A stretch of 32,000 nucleotides of DNA from Candidatus Nitrospira inopinata. GTDB lineage: Bacteria; Nitrospirota; Nitrospiria; Nitrospirales; Nitrospiraceae. Below, piece after piece: positions 8,072 to 16,469 of the stretch. The notes below the pieces were generated by a model. It saw nothing but the letters and a program-made list of their open reading frames with translations. It did no database searches and had not been told where the DNA came from. How positions within the stretch are numbered: the stretch's first letter is position 1; every line of letters begins with the position of its first letter. Location of the stretch: positions 2,220,001 to 2,252,000 of the forward strand of contig NZ_LN885086.1 in the NCBI RefSeq assembly GCF_001458695.1, written 5' to 3'. The position numbers and the translations under genes are program-made.

Positions 8072-8419
8072 ATGGCGTTGATGATCAACGATCACTGCAT
8101 CGCCTGCGACGCCTGTTTGCCGGCCTGCCCCAACCAAGCGATCTTCGACAGGCGCAGCGCCGCCGAATCGAAAGGCTATCGTGTCGCGGGGCGATTGGGA
8201 ATCAAGGACGACATTTACGTCATCGCGCACGAACGGTGCACCGAGTGCGTGGGTCATTTCGAGGAGCCGCAGTGTATGTCCGTCTGTCCGATCGGCGAAT
8301 GTTGCGTGCCGGATCCGGAGCGGCCGGAGTCGCGCATCGTGCTGCTGGAACGGGCCCGTCGCCTCCATCCGAACAAGACGATCGATCAAGACAAGGTATG
8401 GGCTGGGGTCAGAGGATGA
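8072..8419 (+). CDS. YfhL-type 2x[4Fe-4S] ferredoxin
   Basis: MALMINDHCIACDACLPACPNQAI (CxxCxxCxxxCP) plus CTECVGHFEEPQCMSVCP (CxxCx8CxxxCP), as in E. coli YfhL. There is an ~18-aa insertion between the cluster motifs. It starts 27 nt after the cheA stop. Confidence 0.85.
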   Translation: MALMINDHCIACDACLPACPNQAIFDRRSAAESKGYRVAGRLGIKDDIYVIAHERCTECVGHFEEPQCMSVCPIGECCVPDPERPESRIVLLERARRLHPNKTIDQDKVWAGVRG

Positions 8420-8560
8420 CCGGGAGACGCGAAGAGGGCGTCAAGTTTCAGGAGGGGCATCCGAACGAATCAAGCGAGATGAGAGTGCGGAGGCGACGCG
8501 CAATATTCACGCAATTTTCTCGATCAGCCTCGGTGTGATCCGCAGGGGAAGGAGGAGCAG

Positions 8561-9076
8561 ATGGCGGCTGTAACGGCATTGGAAAGTTCGGTGAAGCAAC
8601 CGCACCAACCAAGCGGTGGGCACAGCGGCGCGGCGGACGGCAATCAATTGTTGACCTTCAAACTGGGCGACGAGCTGTACGGGGTGGATATTTTGCGTGT
8701 GCAGGAGATCAAGGGCTACACCACCGTCACCCGGATTCCCAACACCCCCGCCTATATCAAGGGCGTCATCAATCTCCGGGGCACGATCGTGCCGATCGTG
8801 GAGTTGCGGACGAAATTCGGAATGCCGACGATCGACGTGACCTCGTTCACCGTCATCATCGTGGTGGTCGTGCGGGAGAAGGTGATGGGGCTGGTGGTGG
8901 ACGCGGTCTCCGACGTGCTGACCATTGATCGGCAGGACATTCAGGCGCCGCCGGCCTTTGGGTCCAGGGTGGATGTGAGTTGCCTGAGCGGGATCGCCAA
9001 ATCGGGCGACAAACTGGTGGCGTTGTTGGATATCGATCGCCTGTTGGCGGACGGCGCCGCGGCGGACGGGGGATGA
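8561..9076 (+). CDS. cheW: chemotaxis coupling protein CheW
   Basis: LLTFKLGDELYGVDILRVQEIKGY, PAYIKGVINLRGTIVPIVELR, MGLVVDAVSDV and KLVALLDIDRLL. RBS GGAAGGAGGAG upstream. Confidence 0.95.
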   Translation: MAAVTALESSVKQPHQPSGGHSGAADGNQLLTFKLGDELYGVDILRVQEIKGYTTVTRIPNTPAYIKGVINLRGTIVPIVELRTKFGMPTIDVTSFTVIIVVVVREKVMGLVVDAVSDVLTIDRQDIQAPPAFGSRVDVSCLSGIAKSGDKLVALLDIDRLLADGAAADGG

Positions 9077-9204
9077 CAGATCTCGCTCCCTTATCGGATG
9101 CGGCATGGACGGGAGTCTGAGGAGAGCCGAAGCGTCTCTTCGGGTCAGGCGCAGAGACTGCGTCGCCCCGAGGAAGCGTGTCTTCGAGCAAAAGAGAGGA
9201 CAAT

Positions 9205-11625
9205 ATGCGGAACCTATTTGGGAGGAACATGAGAGGCATGAAAAATTTGAAAGAGTACGGTCAAGCTGCCGATCGCACGCAGGCCGTGCTCGAACTGGCC
9301 CCTGACGGGACGGTGGCGGCGGCGAATGATCGGTTTCTGATGCTCACGGGCTATGCCCTCGACGACATCAAGGGAAGGCATCACCGTCTCTTCTTCGACC
9401 AGGCGGAGGCGGACAGTCCGGAATATCGCGCGCTGTGGGAGCGGGTGCGTCGGGGTGAGGCCGAATCCCGAGTGATGAAATGGGTCGGCCAGAGCGGCAA
9501 GGCCGTTTGGCTGGCCGCCTCCTTGCTCCCGCTGGACGGGGGAGATCAGCCGAGGAAGATCCTCGTGGTCGCGACCGATGTGACGGCGCTCGCCACGGAG
9601 CTGGAAACGGTCAAGGAAGAACTCGCCGTCCGCCGGGCCATCATGGATCTCACCGGTGTCGTGTCGGAGGCTGATCTCAAGGGCAACATCATATACATCA
9701 ACGACTACTTTTGCCGGCTTTCCAAGTACAGTCGAGAAGAACTGCTGGGCACACCGCACAACATCGTACGGCATCCGGACATGCCCAAAGAGGTCTTCAA
9801 GCAGATGTGGGCCACGATTGGCCGGGGGCAGATCTTTCGGGGGGTGGTCAAGAACCGGGCCAAGGACGGCACCCCCTATTACGTGGACGCCGTCATTGCG
9901 CCGTTCGTGGACAAACAGACCGGCAAGCCCAAAAAGTATCTCGGCGTCCGCTACGACATCACCCAGTATGAGATGCAACGCCACAACATGCAGGGACTCA
10001 TGGACGCGATCAATCGGGCCTATGCCGTGATCGAGTTTCAGTTGGATGGCACGATTCTCACGGCCAATGACAAGTTTCTCACCACCACCGGCTATACCCT
10101 GGAGGAGATCCGGGGCCGGCACCATCGGCTCTTCTGCGACCCGGTGTATGCCGCCAGTCCGGACTATGCGGCGTTCTGGCAGAAGCTGGGGCGGGGGGAG
10201 TTCGAGGCGGGGGTCTATCGGCGGCTGGGCAAGGGGGGGCAAGAAGTGTGGCTGCAGGCCTCCTATAACCCCGTCAAGGACGAGATGGGCCGGCCGTTTA
10301 AGGTGGTGAAATTGGCGACGGACATCACGGCGCAGAAGCAGGCGCAAGCGGAAGTGGAACGGTTGATCAAAGCGGCCGCCGACGGGCATCTGTCCGACCG
10401 CATCGCGCTCGAACGTTTCGAGGGATCGGCCCGGGAACTGGTGGCCAGTTTCAATCAGTTGCTCGATGCCGTGGCCACGCCGCTTGCGGAGGTGCAGGCG
10501 GTGATGACGGCGGTGGGGGAAGGCGATCTCACCAAGCACATGACCGGCGACTATCGCGGAGACTTTGCCTCGATCAAAACCAGCACCAACACGGCCGTGG
10601 ATCAATTGACGCAGATGATCAGCACGGTGCGGGAAGCGGTGGAATCGGTCCGTTCCGGCTCGGAGCAGATCACCCAGGGGAGCGATGATTTGGCGCAGCG
10701 GACGAGCGAGCAGGCGTCGGCGTTGGAGGAGACGTCGGCGTCGATGGAGGAGATGACGGCGACGGTGAAACAGAACGCGGACAATGCGCGGCAGGCGGAG
10801 CAGTTGGCGCAGGCGGCGCGGGAGACGGCGGACAAGGGGGGGGTGGTGACGCAGCGGGCGGTGGCGGCGATGCAGGCGATTAATCAGAGCAGTGCGCAGA
10901 TTGCGGAGATCATCACGGTGATTGATGAGATTGCGTTTCAGACGAACCTGTTGGCGCTCAACGCGGCGGTCGAGGCGGCGCGGGCGGGGGAGCATGGGCG
11001 GGGGTTTGCGGTGGTGGCGGCGGAGGTGCGGAATTTGGCGCAGCGGTCGGCGACGGCGGCGAAGGAGATCAAGGGGTTGATTCAGGCGTCGCTCTCGCGG
11101 GTGACGGAGGGCAGTGCGTTGGTGAATCAGGCGGGCAAGACGTTGGAGGAGCTGGTGCAGGCGGTCAAGCGGGTGACGGACATCATGGCGGAGATCAGCG
11201 CGGCCAGTCAGGAGCAGGCGAGCGGGATCGAGCAGGTGAACAAGGCGGTGATGGCCATGGACGACACCACCCAGCAAAACGCCGCCCTCGTCGAACAACT
11301 CACCAGCGCCAGCCAGTCGCTCAAGATGCAGGCGGACGATTTGCTCCGGCGCGTGCAGAAGTTCACCTGCCGCGTCACCGAAGAGCAAAAGGCCCGTATG
11401 CCGGAGATCGACAACCTCAGAAAATCCGTCGCCGGCTCGGTGCATCGTGTCTATGGGGGAAAAAAAGGATCATCGACTCAGGGCTCCAGTCGCGTGTCAA
11501 CGACGACGACAGGGCTTGCCGATAGCCAAGACCTCGATGAGACCCCGATGGCCGAGACCGGCGCTGGAATCGGAGCGGGCGCTCATCGGCCTGAGAAAAA
11601 CATCGATGACTTTGAGGAGTTCTGA
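9205..11625 (+). CDS. soluble multi-PAS methyl-accepting chemotaxis protein (PAS, Aer-type PAS, PAS, HAMP, MA)
   Basis: No TM segment. It has three PAS modules, two of them with the GRHHRLF signature. A HAMP-like segment ([22 protein letters not shown]) is followed by the MA domain ([41 protein letters not shown]). It ends in DDFEEF. ATG 9205 follows GAGAGGA; GTG 9178 is possible. Confidence 0.95.
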   Translation: MRNLFGRNMRGMKNLKEYGQAADRTQAVLELAPDGTVAAANDRFLMLTGYALDDIKGRHHRLFFDQAEADSPEYRALWERVRRGEAESRVMKWVGQSGKAVWLAASLLPLDGGDQPRKILVVATDVTALATELETVKEELAVRRAIMDLTGVVSEADLKGNIIYINDYFCRLSKYSREELLGTPHNIVRHPDMPKEVFKQMWATIGRGQIFRGVVKNRAKDGTPYYVDAVIAPFVDKQTGKPKKYLGVRYDITQYEMQRHNMQGLMDAINRAYAVIEFQLDGTILTANDKFLTTTGYTLEEIRGRHHRLFCDPVYAASPDYAAFWQKLGRGEFEAGVYRRLGKGGQEVWLQASYNPVKDEMGRPFKVVKLATDITAQKQAQAEVERLIKAAADGHLSDRIALERFEGSARELVASFNQLLDAVATPLAEVQAVMTAVGEGDLTKHMTGDYRGDFASIKTSTNTAVDQLTQMISTVREAVESVRSGSEQITQGSDDLAQRTSEQASALEETSASMEEMTATVKQNADNARQAEQLAQAARETADKGGVVTQRAVAAMQAINQSSAQIAEIITVIDEIAFQTNLLALNAAVEAARAGEHGRGFAVVAAEVRNLAQRSATAAKEIKGLIQASLSRVTEGSALVNQAGKTLEELVQAVKRVTDIMAEISAASQEQASGIEQVNKAVMAMDDTTQQNAALVEQLTSASQSLKMQADDLLRRVQKFTCRVTEEQKARMPEIDNLRKSVAGSVHRVYGGKKGSSTQGSSRVSTTTTGLADSQDLDETPMAETGAGIGAGAHRPEKNIDDFEEF
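9637..9966 (+). other. Aer-type (FAD-binding class) PAS domain within MCP 9205-11625
   Basis: [54 protein letters not shown] closely parallels E. coli Aer [52 protein letters not shown]. Confidence 0.7.
10028..10346 (+). repeat. PAS-coding block duplicated in the downstream MCP gene (copy A)
   Basis: Aligns without gaps to 12983-13301 (offset 2955 nt). I counted roughly a dozen mismatches by eye, about 96% identity. Confidence 0.9.
10683..11318 (+). repeat. 636-bp MA-domain block nearly identical in the downstream MCP gene (copy A)
   Basis: Aligns without gaps to 13521-14156 (offset 2838 nt). Only two differences were seen (aaa/aag and agt/agc), both synonymous. The flanks diverge abruptly. 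Confidence 0.95.
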
Positions 11626-11642
11626 GCGCGTCAACGTGCGTG

Positions 11643-11664
11643 CAGGACATGGGCAGGACATGGG
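11643..11664 (+). repeat. perfect 11-bp tandem direct repeat (caggacatggg x2) in the mcp-mcp intergenic region
   Basis: Read directly: tgCAGGACATGGGCAGGACATGGGattg, ~80 nt upstream of ATG 11743. Confidence 0.8.
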
Positions 11665-11742
11665 ATTGATCAGACACGCAACCGGACGTAACGGATTTGT
11701 ACCCCGCGCAACTCGACGGGTCAGTTTACCGGAGGGAGGCCT

Positions 11743-14397
11743 ATGCTGAACCGATTCCTGAACTTGAGCATCAAATCCAAGCTGCTCGTTGCTTGCGGGA
11801 TTTCCGGCATCATGCTCGTGATGCTCGGGGGCATGGCCTTTTTCGGCATGAATCGCCTCAGCGGTCAGACGGAATTCATCTATAAAACGAACGTCAATTC
11901 GTTGATGTTGTTGAGCGATCTGCGCGCGGATTTGGCGCGCCGATCGAATCACGTTCTCTGGCACATTTTGGCGCAGGATCCCGCCGCCATGAAGGAACAG
12001 GAGCGGAAGATCCATGACCTTGACCAAACGATCGAACGGCTGACGGAACAGTACGAGCCGCTCATCGTGACGGAATCCGAACGGGCGACCTATGACCGGC
12101 TCAAGAAGAGCGGCGCGGAGATCAAAGAAGCGCGCGAGAAGGTGTTGGCCTTGAGCAGAAGTTTCAAGAAAGAGGCGGCGGCGGACGTGCAGCGCACCGA
12201 GATGGCCGAGAAACTGGCCGAGCTCTTCCGAGCGGTTGATGGATTGGTCGAGGAAAATGACAAGCAGGCGAAAGAGAGCTACGCCGCCAGTCTGAGTCTC
12301 AGCGCCACCCTGAATTGGACCTTGATCGCGTTGAACCTCGGGGCCTTGTTGATCGGGGCCTGGGCGTTGCGGTTCGTGTCGAACATCATCGTTGAGAACC
12401 TCACAAACGTCTTGGATGCGGCTCAGCAGCTCCAGCAGGGCCATCTGACCCACCGGGCCACCGTAGCGACGGGAGATGAAATCGGAAAATTGGCGAGATC
12501 ATTCAATCAGATGGCCGAGACGTTGCAGCAAGCCGCAGTCAAGCAGGAAGAGGCCCTCAAGGCCCAAGCGGCCGAGCTCAATGGCATGACCAGAGCCATC
12601 GATCGGGCGCAGGCCGTGATCGAGTTTGCTGTGGACGGGACGATCCTCTCAGCCAACGAGAATTTTCTCGCCACCATGGGCTATAGCCTCGATGAGATCA
12701 AAGGTAAGCATCACCGGCTCTTCTGCGAGCCGGCCTCTGCTCAGAGCCGGGAATACGCAGATTTTTGGGAAAAACTGAGCCGAGGAGAAGTACAAGCTGG
12801 TGTCTATCGTCGGGTAGGCAAGGGAGGCAAAGAGGTCTGGATTCGGGCCTCATACAGCCCGATCAAAGATGCAAATGGCAAGGTTTCAAAGATTGTTGAA
12901 TTTGCGACCGACATCACGGCGGAACAGAAACGCCAAGCCGAGTTCGAGGGACTGCTCAGCGCCATCAATCGTCAATACGGCATGATCGAGTTTCAGTTGG
13001 ATGGCACGATTCTCACGGCCAACGACAAGTTTCTCACCATCACCGGCTATACCCTGGAGGAGATCCGGGGCCGGCACCATCGGCTCTTCTGCGACCCGGG
13101 GGATGCCGCCAGTCCGGACTATGCGGCGTTCTGGCAGAAGCTAGGGCGCGGGGAGGCGGAGGCGGGGGTCTATCGGCGGCTGGGCAAGGGGGGGCAAGAA
13201 GTGTGGCTGCAGGCCTCTTATAACCCCGTCAAGGACGAGATGGGCCGGCCGTTTAAGGTGGTGCAGTTGGCGACGGACATCACGGCGCAGAAGCAGGCGC
13301 AGGTGGAGTTGGAGGCCTGCATGGCCGAGGCGCGAGAGGCGTTGGGGGCCGTGGCGGCGGGGGATTTGACCCGGCCGATGACGGGCACCTACGGAGGGGA
13401 GTTGGCCACGATCACGGCCAGTGTGAACGAGACCGTGGCGCAGTTGACGCGGACCTTGGCGGCGGTGCGGGGGGCGGTGGAGACGGTGACGGCGGGGGCG
13501 GAGGAGATCACCAAGGGCAACGATGATTTGGCGCAGCGGACGAGCGAGCAGGCGTCGGCGTTGGAGGAGACGTCGGCGTCGATGGAGGAGATGACGGCGA
13601 CGGTGAAGCAGAACGCGGACAATGCGCGGCAGGCGGAGCAGTTGGCGCAGGCGGCGCGGGAGACGGCGGACAAGGGGGGGGTGGTGACGCAGCGGGCGGT
13701 GGCGGCGATGCAGGCGATTAATCAGAGCAGCGCGCAGATTGCGGAGATCATCACGGTGATTGATGAGATTGCGTTTCAGACGAACCTGTTGGCGCTCAAC
13801 GCGGCGGTCGAGGCGGCGCGGGCGGGGGAGCATGGGCGGGGGTTTGCGGTGGTGGCGGCGGAGGTGCGGAATTTGGCGCAGCGGTCGGCGACGGCGGCGA
13901 AGGAGATCAAGGGGTTGATTCAGGCGTCGCTCTCGCGGGTGACGGAGGGCAGTGCGTTGGTGAATCAGGCGGGCAAGACGTTGGAGGAGCTGGTGCAGGC
14001 GGTCAAGCGGGTGACGGACATCATGGCGGAGATCAGCGCGGCCAGTCAGGAGCAGGCGAGCGGGATCGAGCAGGTGAACAAGGCGGTGATGGCCATGGAC
14101 GACACCACCCAGCAAAACGCCGCCCTCGTCGAACAACTCACCAGCGCCAGCCAGTCCATGAAAGTCCAGGCCCAAGAACTGCTGCGACATATCGAGGTTT
14201 TCAAGTTCAATGAAACGGGAAGGCGTCACGACCGTCAGGACGGGGGCTCCAAGGCTCAGGATAAAGAGCCGATGACCGGCGGCTCTTTCCATGGGGCCGT
14301 GGATCGAGCGGTGTCGCGGTCGCAAGAGCCCGTGGGTGTCGCCGGGCAGACCGACAGGAGCCGATCCGTTGGGTCTGAGGAGTTCGATGAGTTTTAG
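11743..14397 (+). CDS. transmembrane methyl-accepting chemotaxis protein (4HB-type periplasmic sensor, HAMP, PAS, PAS, HAMP-like, MA)
   Basis: TM1 is [24 protein letters not shown] helical ~150-aa periplasmic region follows, then TM2 [27 protein letters not shown] shows [18 protein letters not shown]. Two PAS modules carry GKHHRLFC and GRHHRLFC. The MA domain protein sequence is identical to the upstream MCP over 212 aa. It ends in EEFDEF. RBS GGAGGGAGG. Confidence 0.95.
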   Translation: MLNRFLNLSIKSKLLVACGISGIMLVMLGGMAFFGMNRLSGQTEFIYKTNVNSLMLLSDLRADLARRSNHVLWHILAQDPAAMKEQERKIHDLDQTIERLTEQYEPLIVTESERATYDRLKKSGAEIKEAREKVLALSRSFKKEAAADVQRTEMAEKLAELFRAVDGLVEENDKQAKESYAASLSLSATLNWTLIALNLGALLIGAWALRFVSNIIVENLTNVLDAAQQLQQGHLTHRATVATGDEIGKLARSFNQMAETLQQAAVKQEEALKAQAAELNGMTRAIDRAQAVIEFAVDGTILSANENFLATMGYSLDEIKGKHHRLFCEPASAQSREYADFWEKLSRGEVQAGVYRRVGKGGKEVWIRASYSPIKDANGKVSKIVEFATDITAEQKRQAEFEGLLSAINRQYGMIEFQLDGTILTANDKFLTITGYTLEEIRGRHHRLFCDPGDAASPDYAAFWQKLGRGEAEAGVYRRLGKGGQEVWLQASYNPVKDEMGRPFKVVQLATDITAQKQAQVELEACMAEAREALGAVAAGDLTRPMTGTYGGELATITASVNETVAQLTRTLAAVRGAVETVTAGAEEITKGNDDLAQRTSEQASALEETSASMEEMTATVKQNADNARQAEQLAQAARETADKGGVVTQRAVAAMQAINQSSAQIAEIITVIDEIAFQTNLLALNAAVEAARAGEHGRGFAVVAAEVRNLAQRSATAAKEIKGLIQASLSRVTEGSALVNQAGKTLEELVQAVKRVTDIMAEISAASQEQASGIEQVNKAVMAMDDTTQQNAALVEQLTSASQSMKVQAQELLRHIEVFKFNETGRRHDRQDGGSKAQDKEPMTGGSFHGAVDRAVSRSQEPVGVAGQTDRSRSVGSEEFDEF
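12983..13301 (+). repeat. PAS-coding block (copy B of 10028-10346)
   Basis: See copy A. Confidence 0.9.
13521..14156 (+). repeat. 636-bp MA-domain block (copy B of 10683-11318)
   Basis: See copy A. Confidence 0.95.
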
Positions 14398-14469
14398 GGA
14401 TTTTTCAGGAATTGATTGATCGGCCGGTGTCGTATCCATGGACGAAGATGTAAAGAACAGGAGGAAGCC

Positions 14470-14844
14470 ATGGTTCACAAAGAAGAGATTATGAAAGCCA
14501 TCAGTGCGCACGGTCTGTGGAAAAGCCGTTTGACCCGGGCGATTGAAACAGGAAAAACGGATGCGACGGTCGAAACGGTTCGTGCCGATAATCAGTGCGC
14601 GTTCGGCAAATGGCTCCATGGCATGACGTTGGATGCCAAGGACAAACTGTCGCCCCATTACAAAGAAGTCCGAGCGTTGCACGCCAAGTTCCATGAGGTC
14701 GCCTCTCATGTGTTGGAGTTGGCGTTATCGGGGAAAAAACAAGAGGCGCAGCGATTGCTCTCGCTTGACGGAGAGTACGCCAAGGTGTCGTCACAACTCA
14801 CGACCGCCATGTCCGCGTGGACCAAGAGCCTGCCGGCGCAGTGA
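14470..14844 (+). CDS. stand-alone CZB (chemoreceptor zinc-binding) domain protein
   Basis: AHGLWKSRL ... DNQCAFGKWLHG ... HYKEVRALHAKFHEVASHV is the His/Cys signature and four-helix pattern of CZB domains, as in H. pylori TlpD and E. coli DgcZ. ATG 14470 follows AGGAGGAAG. The ORF-track start 14416 is an extension. Confidence 0.75.
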   Translation: MVHKEEIMKAISAHGLWKSRLTRAIETGKTDATVETVRADNQCAFGKWLHGMTLDAKDKLSPHYKEVRALHAKFHEVASHVLELALSGKKQEAQRLLSLDGEYAKVSSQLTTAMSAWTKSLPAQ

Positions 14845-14932
14845 GAGGCGTTTTCGGAACCGTCGATGGGTTCGGTTTTCCTGCGTGCCCGGGTCGGGAC
14901 GGATCGGTGTTCGGTTGTGCTCCGGGAGAGGC

Positions 14933-15751
14933 ATGATGTACTCGATTACGCGGGACGAATTTCGTCGTTTTCAGAAATTGATCTACGATGAAAGCGGCAT
15001 CGCGCTCAATGATCAGAAGGAATCGTTGCTCGTCTCTCGCCTGATGAAACGATTGCGCGAGTTGGGCGTGGACACCTTCTCGGAGTACTACGAGAAGGTC
15101 ACCGGCGATCCTACGGGGGAGGAATTCACGAAGCTGCTCGATTGCGTCTCGACGAACAAGACCGACTTTTTTCGCGAGCCGAGACATTTTGCGTTTCTGC
15201 GGGAGCAGATCCTTCCTCAGTTGGAGCGCGACAAACGCGTTCGGATCTGGTCGTCGGCCTGTTCGACGGGCGAGGAGCCCTACACCATCGCGATCACGCT
15301 CTACGAAGGCGTTCGGGACCCGGCGCAATGGGACTTCAAAATTTTGGCTTCCGACCTGTCCACGCGCGTCCTGGCAAGGGCGGCCTCCGGCGTCTATGAG
15401 GAAGAACGATTGCGCGACGTCGAGCCGGCCGTGCTGCGCCGGCATTTTCTCCGAGGGCGAGGAGAGCGGGAAGGGTTGTTCAAAATCAAACCCCATCTCG
15501 CGTCCGTCGTGCGATTTCGGCGGATCAATCTCATGGACGATCAATTTCCCATCAAAACGCCGCTCGACGTCATTTTTTGCCGCAACGTCATGATCTATTT
15601 CGATCGTCCGACGCAAGAGCAGCTCGTCAACAAGTTTCATCGGTACCTCAAGCCGGGCGGATATCTGTGCATCGGCCATTCGGAGAGTCTCCAGTGGGTT
15701 CGCCACCCCTTCAAGTTAGTGGCTCCGACGATTTATCGGAAGGAGTTGTGA
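14933..15751 (+). CDS. cheR: chemotaxis protein methyltransferase CheR
   Basis: N-terminal helical domain (FRRFQKLIYDESGIAL) and SAM-MTase motifs TDFFREPRHF, RIWSSACSTGEEPYTIAI and IFCRNVMIYFD. The ATG at 14933 follows GGGAGAGG. The ORF-track start 14633 overlaps the CZB gene and is rejected. Confidence 0.93.
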   Translation: MMYSITRDEFRRFQKLIYDESGIALNDQKESLLVSRLMKRLRELGVDTFSEYYEKVTGDPTGEEFTKLLDCVSTNKTDFFREPRHFAFLREQILPQLERDKRVRIWSSACSTGEEPYTIAITLYEGVRDPAQWDFKILASDLSTRVLARAASGVYEEERLRDVEPAVLRRHFLRGRGEREGLFKIKPHLASVVRFRRINLMDDQFPIKTPLDVIFCRNVMIYFDRPTQEQLVNKFHRYLKPGGYLCIGHSESLQWVRHPFKLVAPTIYRKEL

Positions 15752-15756
15752 CCAGC

Positions 15757-16380
15757 GTGGCTTCAGTCGAGGGAGAAGAATTCCGTCACATTCGCCGCAT
15801 GCGGGACGAGCGATTTCCCCATGAAATCGCGGCGATTTTGCCTGGTGAATTCTTCGTCAGCAGAGACCCGATGATCGTCTACACGGTCCTCGGTTCCTGT
15901 ATTTCGGCCTGTATTCGCGACCCGATCGTCGGGGTCGGAGGAATGAATCACTTCATGCTGCCCGAGCCCAAAGACGCCGCCACCGATTCCTGGGGCGAGT
16001 CCACGCGCTATGGATCGTTCGCGATGGAGTCGTTGATCAACGAAATCCTTAAGCGGGGAGGCGTCAAGAGCAGGCTGGAGATCAAGCTGTTCGGCGGAGG
16101 GAGAATTTACGAGGGCGGTGCGGATATCGGGGGCAGAAACGCCGAGTGGGTGCTCAATTTTCTCGAGCAGGAGGGGCTGGTTCCCTCGAAGGCCGATCTC
16201 GGAGACGTGTTTCCACGGAAAGTCTATTACTTCACCGATTCAGGCCGAGTGCTCGTGAAAAAGATCGAGCGGCTCAAGAATCGCACGATCATGGATCGCG
16301 AGTCGGAGTATGCCGCCAAAATACGAACTGCAATACAAACCGATCGACAGGGAGCGGCGGACGCGGTCACGTTGTTTTAG
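15757..16380 (+). CDS. cheD: chemoreceptor glutamine deamidase CheD
   Basis: [45 protein letters not shown] is the catalytic Cys/His region of CheD. The start is GTG 15757 or 15748, immediately after the cheR stop (15749-15751). The ORF-track start 15577 lies inside cheR. Confidence 0.88.
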   Translation: MASVEGEEFRHIRRMRDERFPHEIAAILPGEFFVSRDPMIVYTVLGSCISACIRDPIVGVGGMNHFMLPEPKDAATDSWGESTRYGSFAMESLINEILKRGGVKSRLEIKLFGGGRIYEGGADIGGRNAEWVLNFLEQEGLVPSKADLGDVFPRKVYYFTDSGRVLVKKIERLKNRTIMDRESEYAAKIRTAIQTDRQGAADAVTLF

Positions 16381-16469
16381 ACGTGAGCGGTGCGCGCCTG
16401 CGGTCGCGGCGTCGTGGTTGGAAGGCGAGCCGCGGCCGGCGGCTTGAAACCGGAAACCCGGGAGCATTC

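Noticed and set aside
6692-8389. 565-aa ORF antisense to cheA and the ferredoxin gene
   Set aside because: It is a shadow ORF of a high-GC coding region. The translation is Arg/Pro/His/Gly/Asp-rich low-complexity sequence with no recognisable motifs, and the opposite strand encodes an unambiguous CheA.
9132-9160. Imperfect hairpin (GTCTCT...AGAGAC, 13-nt loop) in the MCP1 leader
   Set aside because: The stem is only 6 bp with a bulged extension and no T-tract or known riboswitch signature, so it is too weak to call.
9214-11445. 743-aa ORF antisense to MCP1, and the similar 522-aa ORF at 13141-14709 antisense to MCP2
   Set aside because: The translations are dominated by R, L, H and P repeats ([12 protein letters not shown]...), generated by the reverse complement of GCG/GAG-rich MCP codons. 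The sense strand encodes canonical MCP domains.
14633-14932. Upstream extensions of ORF-track entries: cheR from 14633, cheD from 15577, cheB from 16146, REC-kinase from 19439, gspI from 25981, gspF from 28221, cheY from 1328
   Set aside because: The extensions overlap the preceding genuine genes and translate to Arg/Pro/Gly-rich junk. Conserved N-termini and RBS-like purine runs or ATGA overlaps sit at the internal starts I used.
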